DNA from: Vulcanimicrobiales bacterium
Lineage (GTDB): Bacteria; Vulcanimicrobiota; Vulcanimicrobiia; Vulcanimicrobiales; Vulcanimicrobiaceae
DNA length: 64,000 nt
NCBI GenBank assembly: GCA_038231455.1
Contig: JBBRLI010000003.1
Location: 64,001 to 128,000, forward strand
Reading direction: 5' to 3'
The translations under genes were made by a program, and so were the position numbers. Positions 8,694-18,334 of this stretch are shown here, in pieces. Every line of letters starts with the position of its first letter. The stretch's first letter is position 1. A model generated the notes under the pieces. That model made no database searches and had not been told where the DNA came from. It was given only the letters and a program-made list of their open reading frames with translations.

Positions 8694-9842
8694 ATGATCC
8701 TTCACGTGCCCCCGCTTCGCGTCGGATTTTTCACGGAGTCCTACCGACCCATCGTCAACGGTATCGTTGCGAGTATCGATACATTGCGCGGCGGACTTTC
8801 GGCATGCGGTCACGATGTTTCGGTCATTGCGCCATCGTTTCCGGACTACGTCGACGACGACGAAGCGATCGTGCGGATCCCATCATTACCGTTGCCGACC
8901 CCAACGTTTTATCGCTTGTGCGTTCCCTACGTGCGCACGAGCGATCGACTACGTGTCGAGAATCTTTCGATCGTGCACACGCATTCACCATTCGTCACCG
9001 GGTGGATGGGTGCGAGCAACGCGCGTCGTCACGATATTCCACTCATCTTTACGTATCACACGCGCATCGAAGAGTACGCGCATTACGTTCCGTTCGAACG
9101 AACGACGATGCAGCGCGCCGCCGTAACACTCACGCGTACGTACGCGAATTCGGCAGACGCCGTGATCGTGCCGACGCGTGCGATGGAAGTGCATTTACGT
9201 AAGCTCGGCGTCATTTCGCGCATCGCCGTCGTCCCGAGCGCCATCGATGTGGAACGCTATGCCGGAGGCGTCCGCCGGGCCGACGTGCGTGCGCAACTCG
9301 GTGCGGTCGATGAGACCAAGCTCATCCTGTTCGTCTCTCGCCTCGCGCGGGAGAAAAATCTGGAGCTCGTCCTTGAGGCGCTCGCCCGGATCTCGGATCC
9401 GCGCATCCAGTTGGCCGTGGTCGGCGAAGGGCCCCACCGGGCCAGCCTCGAGCGCCACGCACAAGAGCTGGGCATCGCCGGCCGGGTTCGCTTTGTCGGC
9501 GGCCTGGCGCCCGAGCGGCTGCCCGATGTCTATGCCTCGGCCGACGTGTTCGTTTTTCCGAGCACGACGGAGACGCAAGGCTTGGTGCTCGCCGAAGCGC
9601 TCTGCGCCAGGCTGCCGGTGGTCGCCGTCGAGAGCGCCGCATCGCGGGAAGTGCTTGGGGGCAGCGGCGAGCTGGTGTCGGTTGACGCAAGCGCCCTTGC
9701 GGCCGGATTGATCGCTGCACTCGATCGTCCGCGGGCCTGGCAGAGTGCCGTACATTTGGCATCCTCGCGCTATACAGTCGCTGAGCAGACGGCACGCATC
9801 CTCGATCTTTACGGGGAGGTGTTGACCGTCGGAGCCGCTTGA
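8694..9842 (+). CDS. GT4 glycosyltransferase, diacylglycerol glucosyltransferase-like
   Basis: FTESYRPIVNG, HTHSPF, FTYHT, SRLAREKN, PSTTETQGLVLAEA. Confidence 0.92.
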   Translation: MILHVPPLRVGFFTESYRPIVNGIVASIDTLRGGLSACGHDVSVIAPSFPDYVDDDEAIVRIPSLPLPTPTFYRLCVPYVRTSDRLRVENLSIVHTHSPFVTGWMGASNARRHDIPLIFTYHTRIEEYAHYVPFERTTMQRAAVTLTRTYANSADAVIVPTRAMEVHLRKLGVISRIAVVPSAIDVERYAGGVRRADVRAQLGAVDETKLILFVSRLAREKNLELVLEALARISDPRIQLAVVGEGPHRASLERHAQELGIAGRVRFVGGLAPERLPDVYASADVFVFPSTTETQGLVLAEALCARLPVVAVESAASREVLGGSGELVSVDASALAAGLIAALDRPRAWQSAVHLASSRYTVAEQTARILDLYGEVLTVGAA

Positions 9843-9867
9843 CTCGAACGTATGTTCGATGTAGGAT
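9839..9867 (+). promoter_or_regulatory. Sigma70 promoter with LexA (SOS) box between -35 and -10
   Basis: TTGACT(9839-44)-17 nt-TAGGAT(9862-67); TCGAAC-GTAT-GTTCGA at 9844-9859 matches the Actinobacteria/Firmicutes/Chloroflexi-type SOS box. Confidence 0.8.
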
Positions 9868-9880
9868 ACAAATAACGATC

Positions 9881-10315
9881 ATGGCACACGCTACCAAGAC
9901 TCGCCCCGCTGCTGACATCGCCCTCGGATTTGCCGCCGACGGACGCGGCACCGGTGTGGCCTACGCGACCATCGCAACGGGAACGTCGCGGTCGACGGTG
10001 CGTTTAGGATTTCGCTTCAAACCGCTGGCCGCGCTCGACGGAAAAGAAGCCGGTTACGCAGCCGTCGCTGCTGCCGCTGCTCACGCCAAAGCGCGCGGCT
10101 TTGGCCGGATCCGGGTCCGCATCGCAGATGCGGGCCTCGCCGCTGAGCTCTCCGGCGTGCGGAACGTCGGCCCGGCGCTCGGCATGGCGTACGTCAAAAC
10201 GCGGTGTGCGCTGCACGCGTTCAGCTCGGCGCGCATCGAAGCCGGCGAGGCGGTCGAAGTCGCCGACCTCCAATCGCGCGCGCAGGCCGAAGTCTCACTC
10301 ACCGTCGCGGCCTAG
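9881..10315 (+). CDS. Hypothetical protein, probable degenerate RNase HI-like fold
   Basis: EAGYAAVAAA..AKARGFGRIRVRIAD..L..ELSG resembles NEAEYxALIxGL..A...G...VxVxGDS.LV..Q.xG of RNase HI; ATG 9881 just after the promoter. Confidence 0.6.
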   Translation: MAHATKTRPAADIALGFAADGRGTGVAYATIATGTSRSTVRLGFRFKPLAALDGKEAGYAAVAAAAAHAKARGFGRIRVRIADAGLAAELSGVRNVGPALGMAYVKTRCALHAFSSARIEAGEAVEVADLQSRAQAEVSLTVAA

Positions 10316-10318
10316 CCG

Positions 10319-10909
10319 CTGGATCCGATCCCGCGCGCCGGCCTCCCCCTCGACACGTTGGGGCTTGCGCGCTTCTTGATCGGCCTGTTGCTTGTGCGCG
10401 AACGGGACGGGATCCAGCTGGTCGGCCGGATCGTCGAGACGGAGGCCTATACGCCGGGCGATCCCGCCTCGCACGCCTACCGTGGCGAGACGAAGCGCAA
10501 CGGCGCCATGTTTCTTGAACCGGGGCATGCGTACGTCTACCTCATCTACGGTACCGCGTTCTGTATGAACGTGACGACCGAAGCCGCTGGCGTGGGGGCC
10601 GCCGTGTTGATCCGAGCGCTCGAACCGGTTTCCGGACTCGATGCAATGCGTGCGAACCGCGCCGGGATCGCCGACCGCGATCTTGCGCGAGGCCCCGGAC
10701 GTTTGTGCAAAGCGCTCGACATCGGTGCCGATCAGAACGGCATTGCCCTCGATCCGGGCGGGCCGCTCTGGATCGCCCGCGATCGCGCGCCGCTCGCCGA
10801 AATCGGCGAGAGTACGCGGATCGGGCTCACGAAAGCCGCCGACATACCGCATCGTTTCTATGCTCGAGGCAGCCGCTACATCAGTGGTCCTCGTGCCCTG
10901 TCGCCGTAG
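10319..10909 (+). CDS. mpg: DNA-3-methyladenine glycosylase (MPG/AAG family); start CTG 10319 or TTG 10358
   Basis: GRIVETEAY, DPASHAY, YVYLIYG, AVLIRALEP, RGPGRLC, RIGLT. Confidence 0.96.
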   Translation: MDPIPRAGLPLDTLGLARFLIGLLLVRERDGIQLVGRIVETEAYTPGDPASHAYRGETKRNGAMFLEPGHAYVYLIYGTAFCMNVTTEAAGVGAAVLIRALEPVSGLDAMRANRAGIADRDLARGPGRLCKALDIGADQNGIALDPGGPLWIARDRAPLAEIGESTRIGLTKAADIPHRFYARGSRYISGPRALSP

Positions 10910-10986
10910 GCTCGCCCGCTTCAAAGCGGCGCTTCTATTGAAGGAGCGTTTGCGGCTAGATTAAGGAGTGTGCTAAAGTCGTCATC

Positions 10987-11742
10987 GTGAGCGAACGAAT
11001 GCGGCTTCAGCGCTACCTTGCGCAAGCCGGCGTCGCGTCACGACGCAAAGCCGAGGAGTTGATCGTCGCCGGCGCTGTGCGCGTGAACGGCAACGTCGTC
11101 AAGGAGCTGGGAACGACCGTCGGCGAGGACGATCGCGTTGAATATGCGGGTCGCGTCGTCACGCCCGCCGAGACGCTCAGTTACATCGTGCTCCACAAAC
11201 CGTACAACTGCATGACGACCATGAGCGACCCTGAAGGTCGCCGGACGGTCGCCGAGGTGTTGAAGTCGCGCGGCATCAAGCAGCGCGTGGTTCCGGTCGG
11301 CCGACTCGACTACGATACCGCTGGAGTCCTGTTGCTCACCGATGACGGCGACCTCGCCCATATCTTGACGCATCCACGCTTCGGGGTGGAAAAAACGTAT
11401 CGCGCAACGCTGCAGGGCCGGCTCGAACCCTCGGAATTCGCCCGCGTCACCGGCGGCATGAAGCTCGAAGACGGCCGTACGGCCGAGGCGGCCTTGAAGG
11501 TCGTCGCCGTTTCTCGCGGCCGCTCCGTTGTCGACCTCACGATCCACGAAGGCCGCAACCGCCAGATCCGGCGCATGTTCGAGGCGGTCGGCCACCCGGT
11601 CATTGATTTGATTCGCCTGCGCTTCGGGCCGATTTCACTCGGCGATCTTACCGCCGGGGAGATGCGTCCCGCCAACGACCGGGAGCGCAAAGCGCTTGCC
11701 GTTATCGAAAACGAAGCGCGCGCAAGCGAGGAACGCGTATGA
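10987..11742 (+). CDS. rluB: rRNA pseudouridine synthase (RluB/RsuA family)
   Basis: S4 domain RLQRYLAQAGVASRRKAE; PVGRLDYDT; HEGRNRQIRRMF. Confidence 0.93.
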   Translation: MSERMRLQRYLAQAGVASRRKAEELIVAGAVRVNGNVVKELGTTVGEDDRVEYAGRVVTPAETLSYIVLHKPYNCMTTMSDPEGRRTVAEVLKSRGIKQRVVPVGRLDYDTAGVLLLTDDGDLAHILTHPRFGVEKTYRATLQGRLEPSEFARVTGGMKLEDGRTAEAALKVVAVSRGRSVVDLTIHEGRNRQIRRMFEAVGHPVIDLIRLRFGPISLGDLTAGEMRPANDRERKALAVIENEARASEERV

Positions 11743-12116
11743 GTTCGGTCGTGCGCGGGATTCGCGGCGCGATCACCGCCGATGCCGATACCACCGAGGG
11801 GATCCTCGATGCCACGCAGCGGCTCTTGGCGGCCATCGTCGAAGCAAACCATATCGCGACCGAAAATATCGCATCCGTGCTCTTTACCGTCACCCCCGAT
11901 CTCAAAGCCCAATTTCCCGCCGCCGCCGCGCGTCGCATGGGCTGGACCCTGGTGCCGCTCTTGAACTTCACCGAGATCGCGGTACCCGGGGGTCTCGAGC
12001 GCTGCATTCGCGTGCTCTTGCATCTTAATACCACCCTCGGACAATCCGAGATCGTTCACGTGTACCTCGAGGGCGCTCGCGCGCTCCGTCCCGACTTGGA
12101 GCAGAACCCGAAATGA
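11739..12116 (+). CDS. aroH: Chorismate mutase, AroH (Bacillus) type
   Basis: VRGIRGA, FTVTPDL, FPAAAAR, RCIRVL, HVYLEGARALRPDL. Confidence 0.96.
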   Translation: MSSVVRGIRGAITADADTTEGILDATQRLLAAIVEANHIATENIASVLFTVTPDLKAQFPAAAARRMGWTLVPLLNFTEIAVPGGLERCIRVLLHLNTTLGQSEIVHVYLEGARALRPDLEQNPK

Positions 12117-13159
12117 TCGTCGTCATGCGCCCGCACGCCGCCCCCGCGAACGTGGACGCCGTTATCGCAACCGTCGAGAGCTTAGGTCTCACCGCACACG
12201 TGAGTCAAGGCGCGGAGCGCACCGTGATCGGTGTTGTCGGCATACGCGATGACAAAGAAACGCTTATCGCGCAATTTTCGCAGTTCGACGGCGTCGAAAA
12301 CGTGATGCCGATTTCGCGCTCGTATAAACTCGTCAGCGCGGAAGCTCGCACCGGACGGAGCATCATCCGTCTGAAAAACGGCGCGAGTTTCGGCGGCGAA
12401 CAGCTTGCAATTATGGCCGGCCCGTGCAGCGTCGAGAGTCGCGAACAACTCGAAGCGACGGCCCGTTCGGTCTCGCAGAGCGGTGCGAACGTCTTGCGCG
12501 GCGGGGCGTTCAAGCCGCGCACGTCGCCGTACGCATTCCAAGGCATGGGCGAGGCGGGACTACGGCTGCTGCGCGAGACCGCCGATCAGTACGGCCTTGC
12601 CGTCGTCACCGAGGTGATGGACGTACGCGATGTGGAGCTCGTGGCAAAGTACGCGGACATGCTGCAAGTCGGCGCGCGCAACATGCAGAATTTCAACTTG
12701 TTGCGCGAAGTCGGAAACGTGCGCGTCCCCGTTTTACTCAAACGCGGTCTTGCAGCAACGATCGACGAGTGGCTGATGGCTGCTGAATACATCGTCGTCA
12801 CCGGCAATCACGACGTCGTCCTCTGCGAGCGCGGAATCCGCTCGTTCGATCCAATGACGCGCAACGTGCTGGACCTCGCCGCCGTGCCGCTCGTGCAGTC
12901 GCTCTCGCATCTTCCCGTCGTGGTCGACCCCTCGCACGGCACGGGCGTGCGTATTCTGGTCGAACCGATGGCGAAAGCGGGCATCGCTTGTGGTGCCGAC
13001 GGTCTGATTATCGAAGTCCATCCCAATCCCGCCGTCGCCGTCTCGGACGGACCGCAGTCGCTCACCCTCGATGGATTCGCGCGTGTGATGGATCGGCTCC
13101 GTCCGGTGGCCGAGGCCGTCGGGCGTTCGCTCCCCGCTACGGTCAACGCCGGCGTTTAA
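12113..13159 (+). CDS. aroF: DAHP synthase type I-beta with N-terminal ferredoxin-like regulatory domain
   Basis: [42 protein letters not shown]. Confidence 0.97.
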   Translation: MIVVMRPHAAPANVDAVIATVESLGLTAHVSQGAERTVIGVVGIRDDKETLIAQFSQFDGVENVMPISRSYKLVSAEARTGRSIIRLKNGASFGGEQLAIMAGPCSVESREQLEATARSVSQSGANVLRGGAFKPRTSPYAFQGMGEAGLRLLRETADQYGLAVVTEVMDVRDVELVAKYADMLQVGARNMQNFNLLREVGNVRVPVLLKRGLAATIDEWLMAAEYIVVTGNHDVVLCERGIRSFDPMTRNVLDLAAVPLVQSLSHLPVVVDPSHGTGVRILVEPMAKAGIACGADGLIIEVHPNPAVAVSDGPQSLTLDGFARVMDRLRPVAEAVGRSLPATVNAGV

Positions 13160-14009
13160 GCGCGTCGGCGTCGCCGGCGTCGGACTCGTCGGCGGTTCGG
13201 TCGCGCTCGCTGCGCATGCAGCGAAAGCAACGGTCACCGCTTTTGAGACGAGTACGCTTGCGCTCGCGTATGCGCGCGAGAAGCGCATGGTCGATGCGAG
13301 CGTCGCGGATCTTGCCGCACTCGCTCGCGCGGTCGATGTCCTCGTCTTGGCAGCGCCGCTGCCGGCAACGCTCGACGCGCTCGCAGAACTGCAGGCGCTC
13401 GATACGACCGGACCCTGGCCGGTCCTTATCCTCGATGTCGCCTCGACCAAGCGCGCGGTCGCAAAGGCGGGGGCGCCGGTGCGTAATTTTGTCCCTTCGC
13501 ACCCAATCGCGGGTGCGGAGCGACGCGGTCCGACGGCGGCACGCGCGGATCTCTTCGTCGGCCGGACCTGGGCATTCGTCCCAACCGAACCCGGGCTTGA
13601 CCGGCTCGCGCGAGAATTCATCACCGCGATGGGTGCCGAGCCCTTACCGATCGGCGCAGACCGGCACGACGAAGTCCTCGCGCTGACCTCACATTTGCCC
13701 CAACTGGTCTCGACGGTGCTTGCCGCGACGCTCGCCGCTCACACCGCGCAAGCCGATGTTTCGACCCTCTGCGGACCGGGGATGTCATCCATGCTGCGTT
13801 TAGCTCACGCGGACTTTGCGCTCTGGGAGCCGATCCTCAGCGAAAACCGGCTCGCGGTCGCCGCGATGCTGGCAGAACTCAATTCACGTCTCGAGGCTGC
13901 TCGGTTAGCACTCGAGCGAGGAGAGGTTCCCGCCCTTGCGTCGTATTTCGGTGACGCGCATCGAGCGGTCCGCGAGCTTGAGGAACGATCCCCAAAGCCG
14001 TCCCGTTAG
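13146..14009 (+). CDS. tyrA: Prephenate/arogenate dehydrogenase TyrA; true start uncertain (non-canonical)
   Basis: In-frame [14 protein letters not shown] Rossmann motif from 13158; [27 protein letters not shown]. Confidence 0.9.
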   Translation, partial: TPAFKRVGVAGVGLVGGSVALAAHAAKATVTAFETSTLALAYAREKRMVDASVADLAALARAVDVLVLAAPLPATLDALAELQALDTTGPWPVLILDVASTKRAVAKAGAPVRNFVPSHPIAGAERRGPTAARADLFVGRTWAFVPTEPGLDRLAREFITAMGAEPLPIGADRHDEVLALTSHLPQLVSTVLAATLAAHTAQADVSTLCGPGMSSMLRLAHADFALWEPILSENRLAVAAMLAELNSRLEAARLALERGEVPALASYFGDAHRAVRELEERSPKPSR

Positions 14010-14038
14010 CTTTGTAATCTCACCCATTCGAGGAATCT

Positions 14039-15367
14039 ATGTCGTATAAGCGCCTTTTCGCCGTGACTCTTCCCGCACTCGCCGCCGTGGTCCTGACGCC
14101 GCAACTGCCGGTTTTTGCCCAAGCAGCCTCCGACGGGGATACGTACGTCCACGCCAAGCTCGTGACGCGCGGCAAGCACGCAACGCCGATCGCCGGCAAT
14201 GGTACCGTGGTCATCCAGGTGTTCGTCAAAGCCGACGGCTCGTTCAAAGTGCAGCGGGTGATCAAGACGACGAACAAGGCCGACGATGCAGCGGCCATGG
14301 AAATCGCAAGTTCCTCGACCTACAAACCCGCGACGCGCAATGGCAAAGCGACCGCTGAATTCTATTCGTTCACGATGAAATTTAACGGCTCGGAGATCGA
14401 CGCCGGCGATCCGCAAGTGACCAGCACCGATTTGCGTCGCATCCTCGGCATGATCAACGCGAATAACTTTCAGGGCGCGCAGCCGCTCGCAAAAGCCTAC
14501 GTCGCCGCTAATCCAACCGATCAAAGCGGACAGGCGCTGCTCGGCGTAGCGGATTCGTACCTGAAAGACTACGCAGGCGCCGTTGCCGCATTCGATGCAG
14601 CGGGGACGGTTCCGCAGAATTACAAAGCAGCTGCGCTCGAATCGTACGTCAACTACGCAAACGACGCGTACACAGCCAAAAATTACGATGCATCCATTGC
14701 CGCCGCAAAACATGCGCTTGCACTCGGCTCGGGCCCCGGGATCTATAACATTCTTGGTAACGCAGAGTACGGCAAAGGGAACATGGCCGCGGCAGTCGAG
14801 GATCTGGAAAAAGCGGTCGCCGGGATCAAGTCCGATCCGAAGGTCGACTCAAAGTCGCTCGTCCGGGTCGAAGTGAATTTGATCGGCGCGTATTCTGCAA
14901 ACGGTCAGAACGACAAGGCACAAGCGCTCGCAAAACAAGTGCTAGCAGTCGATCCCACTGCGCCGGTGCAGTCGCTCCTTGTCAATCCCGTTGCGGAGAA
15001 GGCAAAGGCTCTGGCCCGTGACAAAAAATTCGTTGAAGCAGCGAACCTTTTGGATAGCGCAGCCGCGTCGTCGCCGTCGAAGGATGCATCACTCGTGCTG
15101 TACGGGCTTGCTGCGAATTACGCCGAGTCTGGGGAAAAGCCGGATTGGAAGCTGGGTAAGTCCCTAGCTGACAAAGCCCTGGCAATCGATCCAAACGACG
15201 CTCGCGCAAACTATTACGTCGGCATCGCGATCGCAAGCGAAAAGTCGCTCGGTACGGTGAAAGATGCGCTGGTCTACCTCAATAAGGCGGATGCGTCTTC
15301 GAAGACCGGCACCGATGCGGAGTTAACCAAGCAGATCGAAGCGACGATCAAGCAATTGTCGAAATAG
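14039..15367 (+). CDS. Exported protein with TonB C-terminal-like domain plus TPR repeats
   Basis: Signal peptide (…PVFAQAA); GTVVIQVFVKADGS…DDAAAMEIA…YKPATRNGK; TPR-like helices (IYNILGNAEY, ALAIDPNDARANYYVG). Confidence 0.75.
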   Translation: MSYKRLFAVTLPALAAVVLTPQLPVFAQAASDGDTYVHAKLVTRGKHATPIAGNGTVVIQVFVKADGSFKVQRVIKTTNKADDAAAMEIASSSTYKPATRNGKATAEFYSFTMKFNGSEIDAGDPQVTSTDLRRILGMINANNFQGAQPLAKAYVAANPTDQSGQALLGVADSYLKDYAGAVAAFDAAGTVPQNYKAAALESYVNYANDAYTAKNYDASIAAAKHALALGSGPGIYNILGNAEYGKGNMAAAVEDLEKAVAGIKSDPKVDSKSLVRVEVNLIGAYSANGQNDKAQALAKQVLAVDPTAPVQSLLVNPVAEKAKALARDKKFVEAANLLDSAAASSPSKDASLVLYGLAANYAESGEKPDWKLGKSLADKALAIDPNDARANYYVGIAIASEKSLGTVKDALVYLNKADASSKTGTDAELTKQIEATIKQLSK

Positions 15368-15505
15368 AGTTCCCGTTCTTGCAGAAACGTTACAAGGAAT
15401 GAAACCGGATCGCGAGCAAAGGGAACGCTCGCATCCGGGACCGGTGAACCCGCTAGCTTTCTTCGTCCCAAAAGCACCCTGCTGTGGAGGCCCCAGAGAC
15501 TAATC

Positions 15506-16177
15506 GTGGATTTTTTTACGAATTTCTTCAAATCGATCGTTACGGGCGGACCGGCGATGTGGGCACTCGTGGTGCTCTCGATTATGGCCGTCGCGATCGT
15601 TTTCGAACGCCTCTTTTTCTTCTCCACGCAGCACTCGGACTCGAAGACGCTGCTCCGCGAGATCGGTCAAAAAATCGCCGTCGACGATATGTCGGGCGCG
15701 ATGCGTATCTGCAAATCCAACAAGGGTATGCTCCCGCGCATTCTTGAGTTCGGTCTTGCTCGCGGCGAAAAGAACCGCGCCGACATCACCGACGCGCTTT
15801 CGATCGCGCTTATGGAGAACCTCAACTCGCTCGAGCGAAATCTCGGGATCATCGGCACGATCGCCGTTATCGCACCGTTCGTCGGGCTCTTCGGTACCGT
15901 GCTCGGTATCATTCGTGCCTTCGACGACATCGCGCTCAAAGGCAATTCATCGCCCGCGGTCGTTGCCGCCGGCGTCGGTGAAGCGCTCTACACCACAGCC
16001 GCCGGACTGTTCGTCGCCGTCATCGCCGTTGTGTTCTTCAACTACTTCAAGACGCGTATCAAGGCATACAATCAGGACATGATCGTTTCGGCAAACCAAC
16101 TCGCTGAAATGCTGCACTTCCACAACACCGGCGCACCGATCCCGACGGATCTCTACACGCCGCGCCAGGGCGCATAA
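15506..16177 (+). CDS. exbB: MotA/TolQ/ExbB proton channel protein
   Basis: GTIAVIAPFVGLFGTVLGIIRAF; GVGEALYTTAAGLFVAVIA. Confidence 0.93.
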   Translation: MDFFTNFFKSIVTGGPAMWALVVLSIMAVAIVFERLFFFSTQHSDSKTLLREIGQKIAVDDMSGAMRICKSNKGMLPRILEFGLARGEKNRADITDALSIALMENLNSLERNLGIIGTIAVIAPFVGLFGTVLGIIRAFDDIALKGNSSPAVVAAGVGEALYTTAAGLFVAVIAVVFFNYFKTRIKAYNQDMIVSANQLAEMLHFHNTGAPIPTDLYTPRQGA

Positions 16178-16183
16178 GCTCGC

Positions 16184-16603
16184 ATGTCCCTGATCTCGGG
16201 CGGGCAAGACGACGAAGTGATGGCCGAGATCAACATCACGCCCTTTACGGACGTGCTGTTGGTCTTACTGATCATTTTCATGATCCTTGCGGCACTCGTC
16301 ACGCCTCCGGGCTTCGAAAAAGAGCTGCCGAATAGTTCGAGCGCTCCCTCGACGCCGCAAAACGATCAGAAGAAAAATATCGAGGTCGTCGTCACGAAGA
16401 ACAACCAGATTTTCATCGATTCCAAGCAGACGAGCTTGACTGCGATTTACGGTGATATGGCCGAAGTCGCGCGGCGCCGCGGTAATAAGACGCACGTGGC
16501 GCTAACCGGCGACTTAAAAGCCGATTACGGCATCATCATCAAAATTCTCGATGCGGCGAAGCTGAGCGGACTTGACGACGTCGGCTTTGTCACTTCAGGT
16601 TAG
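16184..16603 (+). CDS. exbD: ExbD/TolR family protein
   Basis: EINITPFTDVLLVLLIIFM. Confidence 0.93.
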   Translation: MSLISGGQDDEVMAEINITPFTDVLLVLLIIFMILAALVTPPGFEKELPNSSSAPSTPQNDQKKNIEVVVTKNNQIFIDSKQTSLTAIYGDMAEVARRRGNKTHVALTGDLKADYGIIIKILDAAKLSGLDDVGFVTSG

Positions 16604-16622
16604 AAGGGCGCACTAGTACACC

Positions 16623-17033
16623 GTGGCCGTATCGACTGGACAAAACGAAGAAGAGGTCATGTCGACCATCAACATCACGCCCTTTACGGACGTCTTGCTG
16701 GTGCTCTTGATCATCTTTATCATTCTCGCCTCGGTCACCAAAGAACCGAAGCTCCCGATTGCCAAGAACGCCGATAAAGTCGTCGCCTCGGATATCGTCG
16801 TCGTGATCGATGAGAAGAATAAAATTCAAGTTGGTTCGAAAGTCATCAACGAATCGACGGCGCCTGAGACCTTCCGGGAACTCAAGGCGAATACCGGCGG
16901 AAAACTCAAGTCAATCATTATTAAAGCCGATCCGAAGGCGTCGTACGGTACGATTCTGCGCGTAATGGATGCGGCGAAGTCGGCCGATCTGATCGACTTT
17001 GGCTTAGCGAATAAGACCGAGGGCGCAAAGTAG
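16623..17033 (+). CDS. exbD: Second ExbD/TolR family protein
   Basis: INITPFTDVLLVLLIIF; IKADPKASYG. Confidence 0.93.
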   Translation: MAVSTGQNEEEVMSTINITPFTDVLLVLLIIFIILASVTKEPKLPIAKNADKVVASDIVVVIDEKNKIQVGSKVINESTAPETFRELKANTGGKLKSIIIKADPKASYGTILRVMDAAKSADLIDFGLANKTEGAK

Positions 17034-17035
17034 CA

Positions 17036-17803
17036 ATGGCCCAACAGCAGCCGCCCAAAGCGCCGCCGACGGCCGGTGAGCGCACACGTAATTTTTTGCT
17101 CTATGGCATCGGTCTCTCGATTCTCTTGCACTTGATGCTGGGGCCGCTGGTGAAGTTCAATCGCACCGTCACCGAAGAAGCGCCGCCGCAAAAAGTCACG
17201 GTGATTAAAGCACCAACGCCGCCGCCCCCGACGCCTACACCGAAGCCCACACCTCCGCCGACACCGACTCCGCCGCCGAAATCGACGCCGCCGCCGGAGA
17301 AGCATACTCCAGAGCCGCAAACGAAAAAAGTTCAAGTCAAGACGATAAAAACGACAAACAAAGGCAACGGCCCGACGGAACACGTCAATACGCTTACCAC
17401 GGGAGACCGTGAAGCGGGTAATCCCAACGGCAACTCGCCGACCGGAGCGCCTGCGACAGCGGCTGCCGTAGCCTCGGCTGCTCCGGCAACCCCAGCTCCC
17501 ACGCCCTCGCCAACGCCGAAGCCCGCGTGCGCTGTACCGAACGATGATCCGAAGGTCGTCGATCCGTATCCGCCCGAAACGCCGGCGATCGCCCAGTCGC
17601 AGGGCATCACCGGAACGGTCGAAGTGCAAGTGGACCTCGACGTAAACAGCAAGATTCTTGCGACGCGTGCGGTCTCGGGACCATCCGTCTTACGGAGTGC
17701 CGCGATCTCGGCGACCAAAGCGAGTAAATTCAAAACGGAAGTGCGCAACTGTCTCCCGCAGGCAGCAACGTACAAGTACATCGTCGAGTTTACGAACAGC
17801 TAA
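17036..17803 (+). CDS. tonB: TonB energy transducer
   Basis: TM with SILLH (SxxxH), Pro/Thr-rich linker, C-terminal PAIAQSQGITGTVEVQVDLD. Confidence 0.88.
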   Translation: MAQQQPPKAPPTAGERTRNFLLYGIGLSILLHLMLGPLVKFNRTVTEEAPPQKVTVIKAPTPPPPTPTPKPTPPPTPTPPPKSTPPPEKHTPEPQTKKVQVKTIKTTNKGNGPTEHVNTLTTGDREAGNPNGNSPTGAPATAAAVASAAPATPAPTPSPTPKPACAVPNDDPKVVDPYPPETPAIAQSQGITGTVEVQVDLDVNSKILATRAVSGPSVLRSAAISATKASKFKTEVRNCLPQAATYKYIVEFTNS

Positions 17804-17819
17804 GGGTTTCACACCAAAG

Positions 17820-17855
17820 AAAAAACGGGTCGTGCTTCGCACGGCCCGTTTTTTT
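17820..17855. terminator. Bidirectional intrinsic terminator
   Basis: AAAAAACGGGTCGTGC-TTC-GCACGGCCCGTTTTTTT between convergent tonB and PilZ genes. Confidence 0.9.
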
Positions 17856-17870
17856 CTTGTTCCTTACGTC

Positions 17871-18269
17871 CTAGAGAAATCCGAGATCGCGCAGGCGGTG
17901 AATCGTATCGATGTAGCGCAGCAGTTCGCGCTCTGTTTCTTCCGTCTGTTCGAGAAACGCGATGCCGGTGCGGTACTTACCCAGGAGCACGTCATGATGC
18001 GACCAGCGCACTTGGCCCGTGAGCCGCAGCTTCGGCCGCGCATCGCCCCGGAGTTCGAGTTCGATCGTTACGTCGTGATGCAGCGGCAGTTCGGCGATCG
18101 TGAGCATCGCAAGTCCGCCGCTTCCGATATCGTAGGCCTCCGTATATTCCGGTCGGATATCCTCGGAAATCGTATACGAAACGAGCAGCGAATCGCCGAC
18201 GCGCGGGAAAATTCGGGCGTGGGCCTCGGCGACTAGGGCATCGTCACTCACAAGTAAGCGCGTTCTCAT
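17871..18269 (-). CDS. PilZ domain protein (c-di-GMP receptor)
   Basis: RIFPR (RxxxR), DIGSGG (DxSxxG-like), GQVRW, GIAF; start could be 18305. Confidence 0.85.
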   Translation of the reverse strand: MRTRLLVSDDALVAEAHARIFPRVGDSLLVSYTISEDIRPEYTEAYDIGSGGLAMLTIAELPLHHDVTIELELRGDARPKLRLTGQVRWSHHDVLLGKYRTGIAFLEQTEETERELLRYIDTIHRLRDLGFL

Positions 18270-18334
18270 TGAGCGGTCGAAAACACCTGCCGTGGCAGAG
18301 GGCATCGTCCTTACACGCGCGTACCTACGCGGAC

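Noticed and set aside
10313-10315. Pyrrolysine or genome-wide TAG recoding
   Set aside because: TAG ends many full-length genes here (ftsH, folB, pbp1A) and no pyl genes are seen
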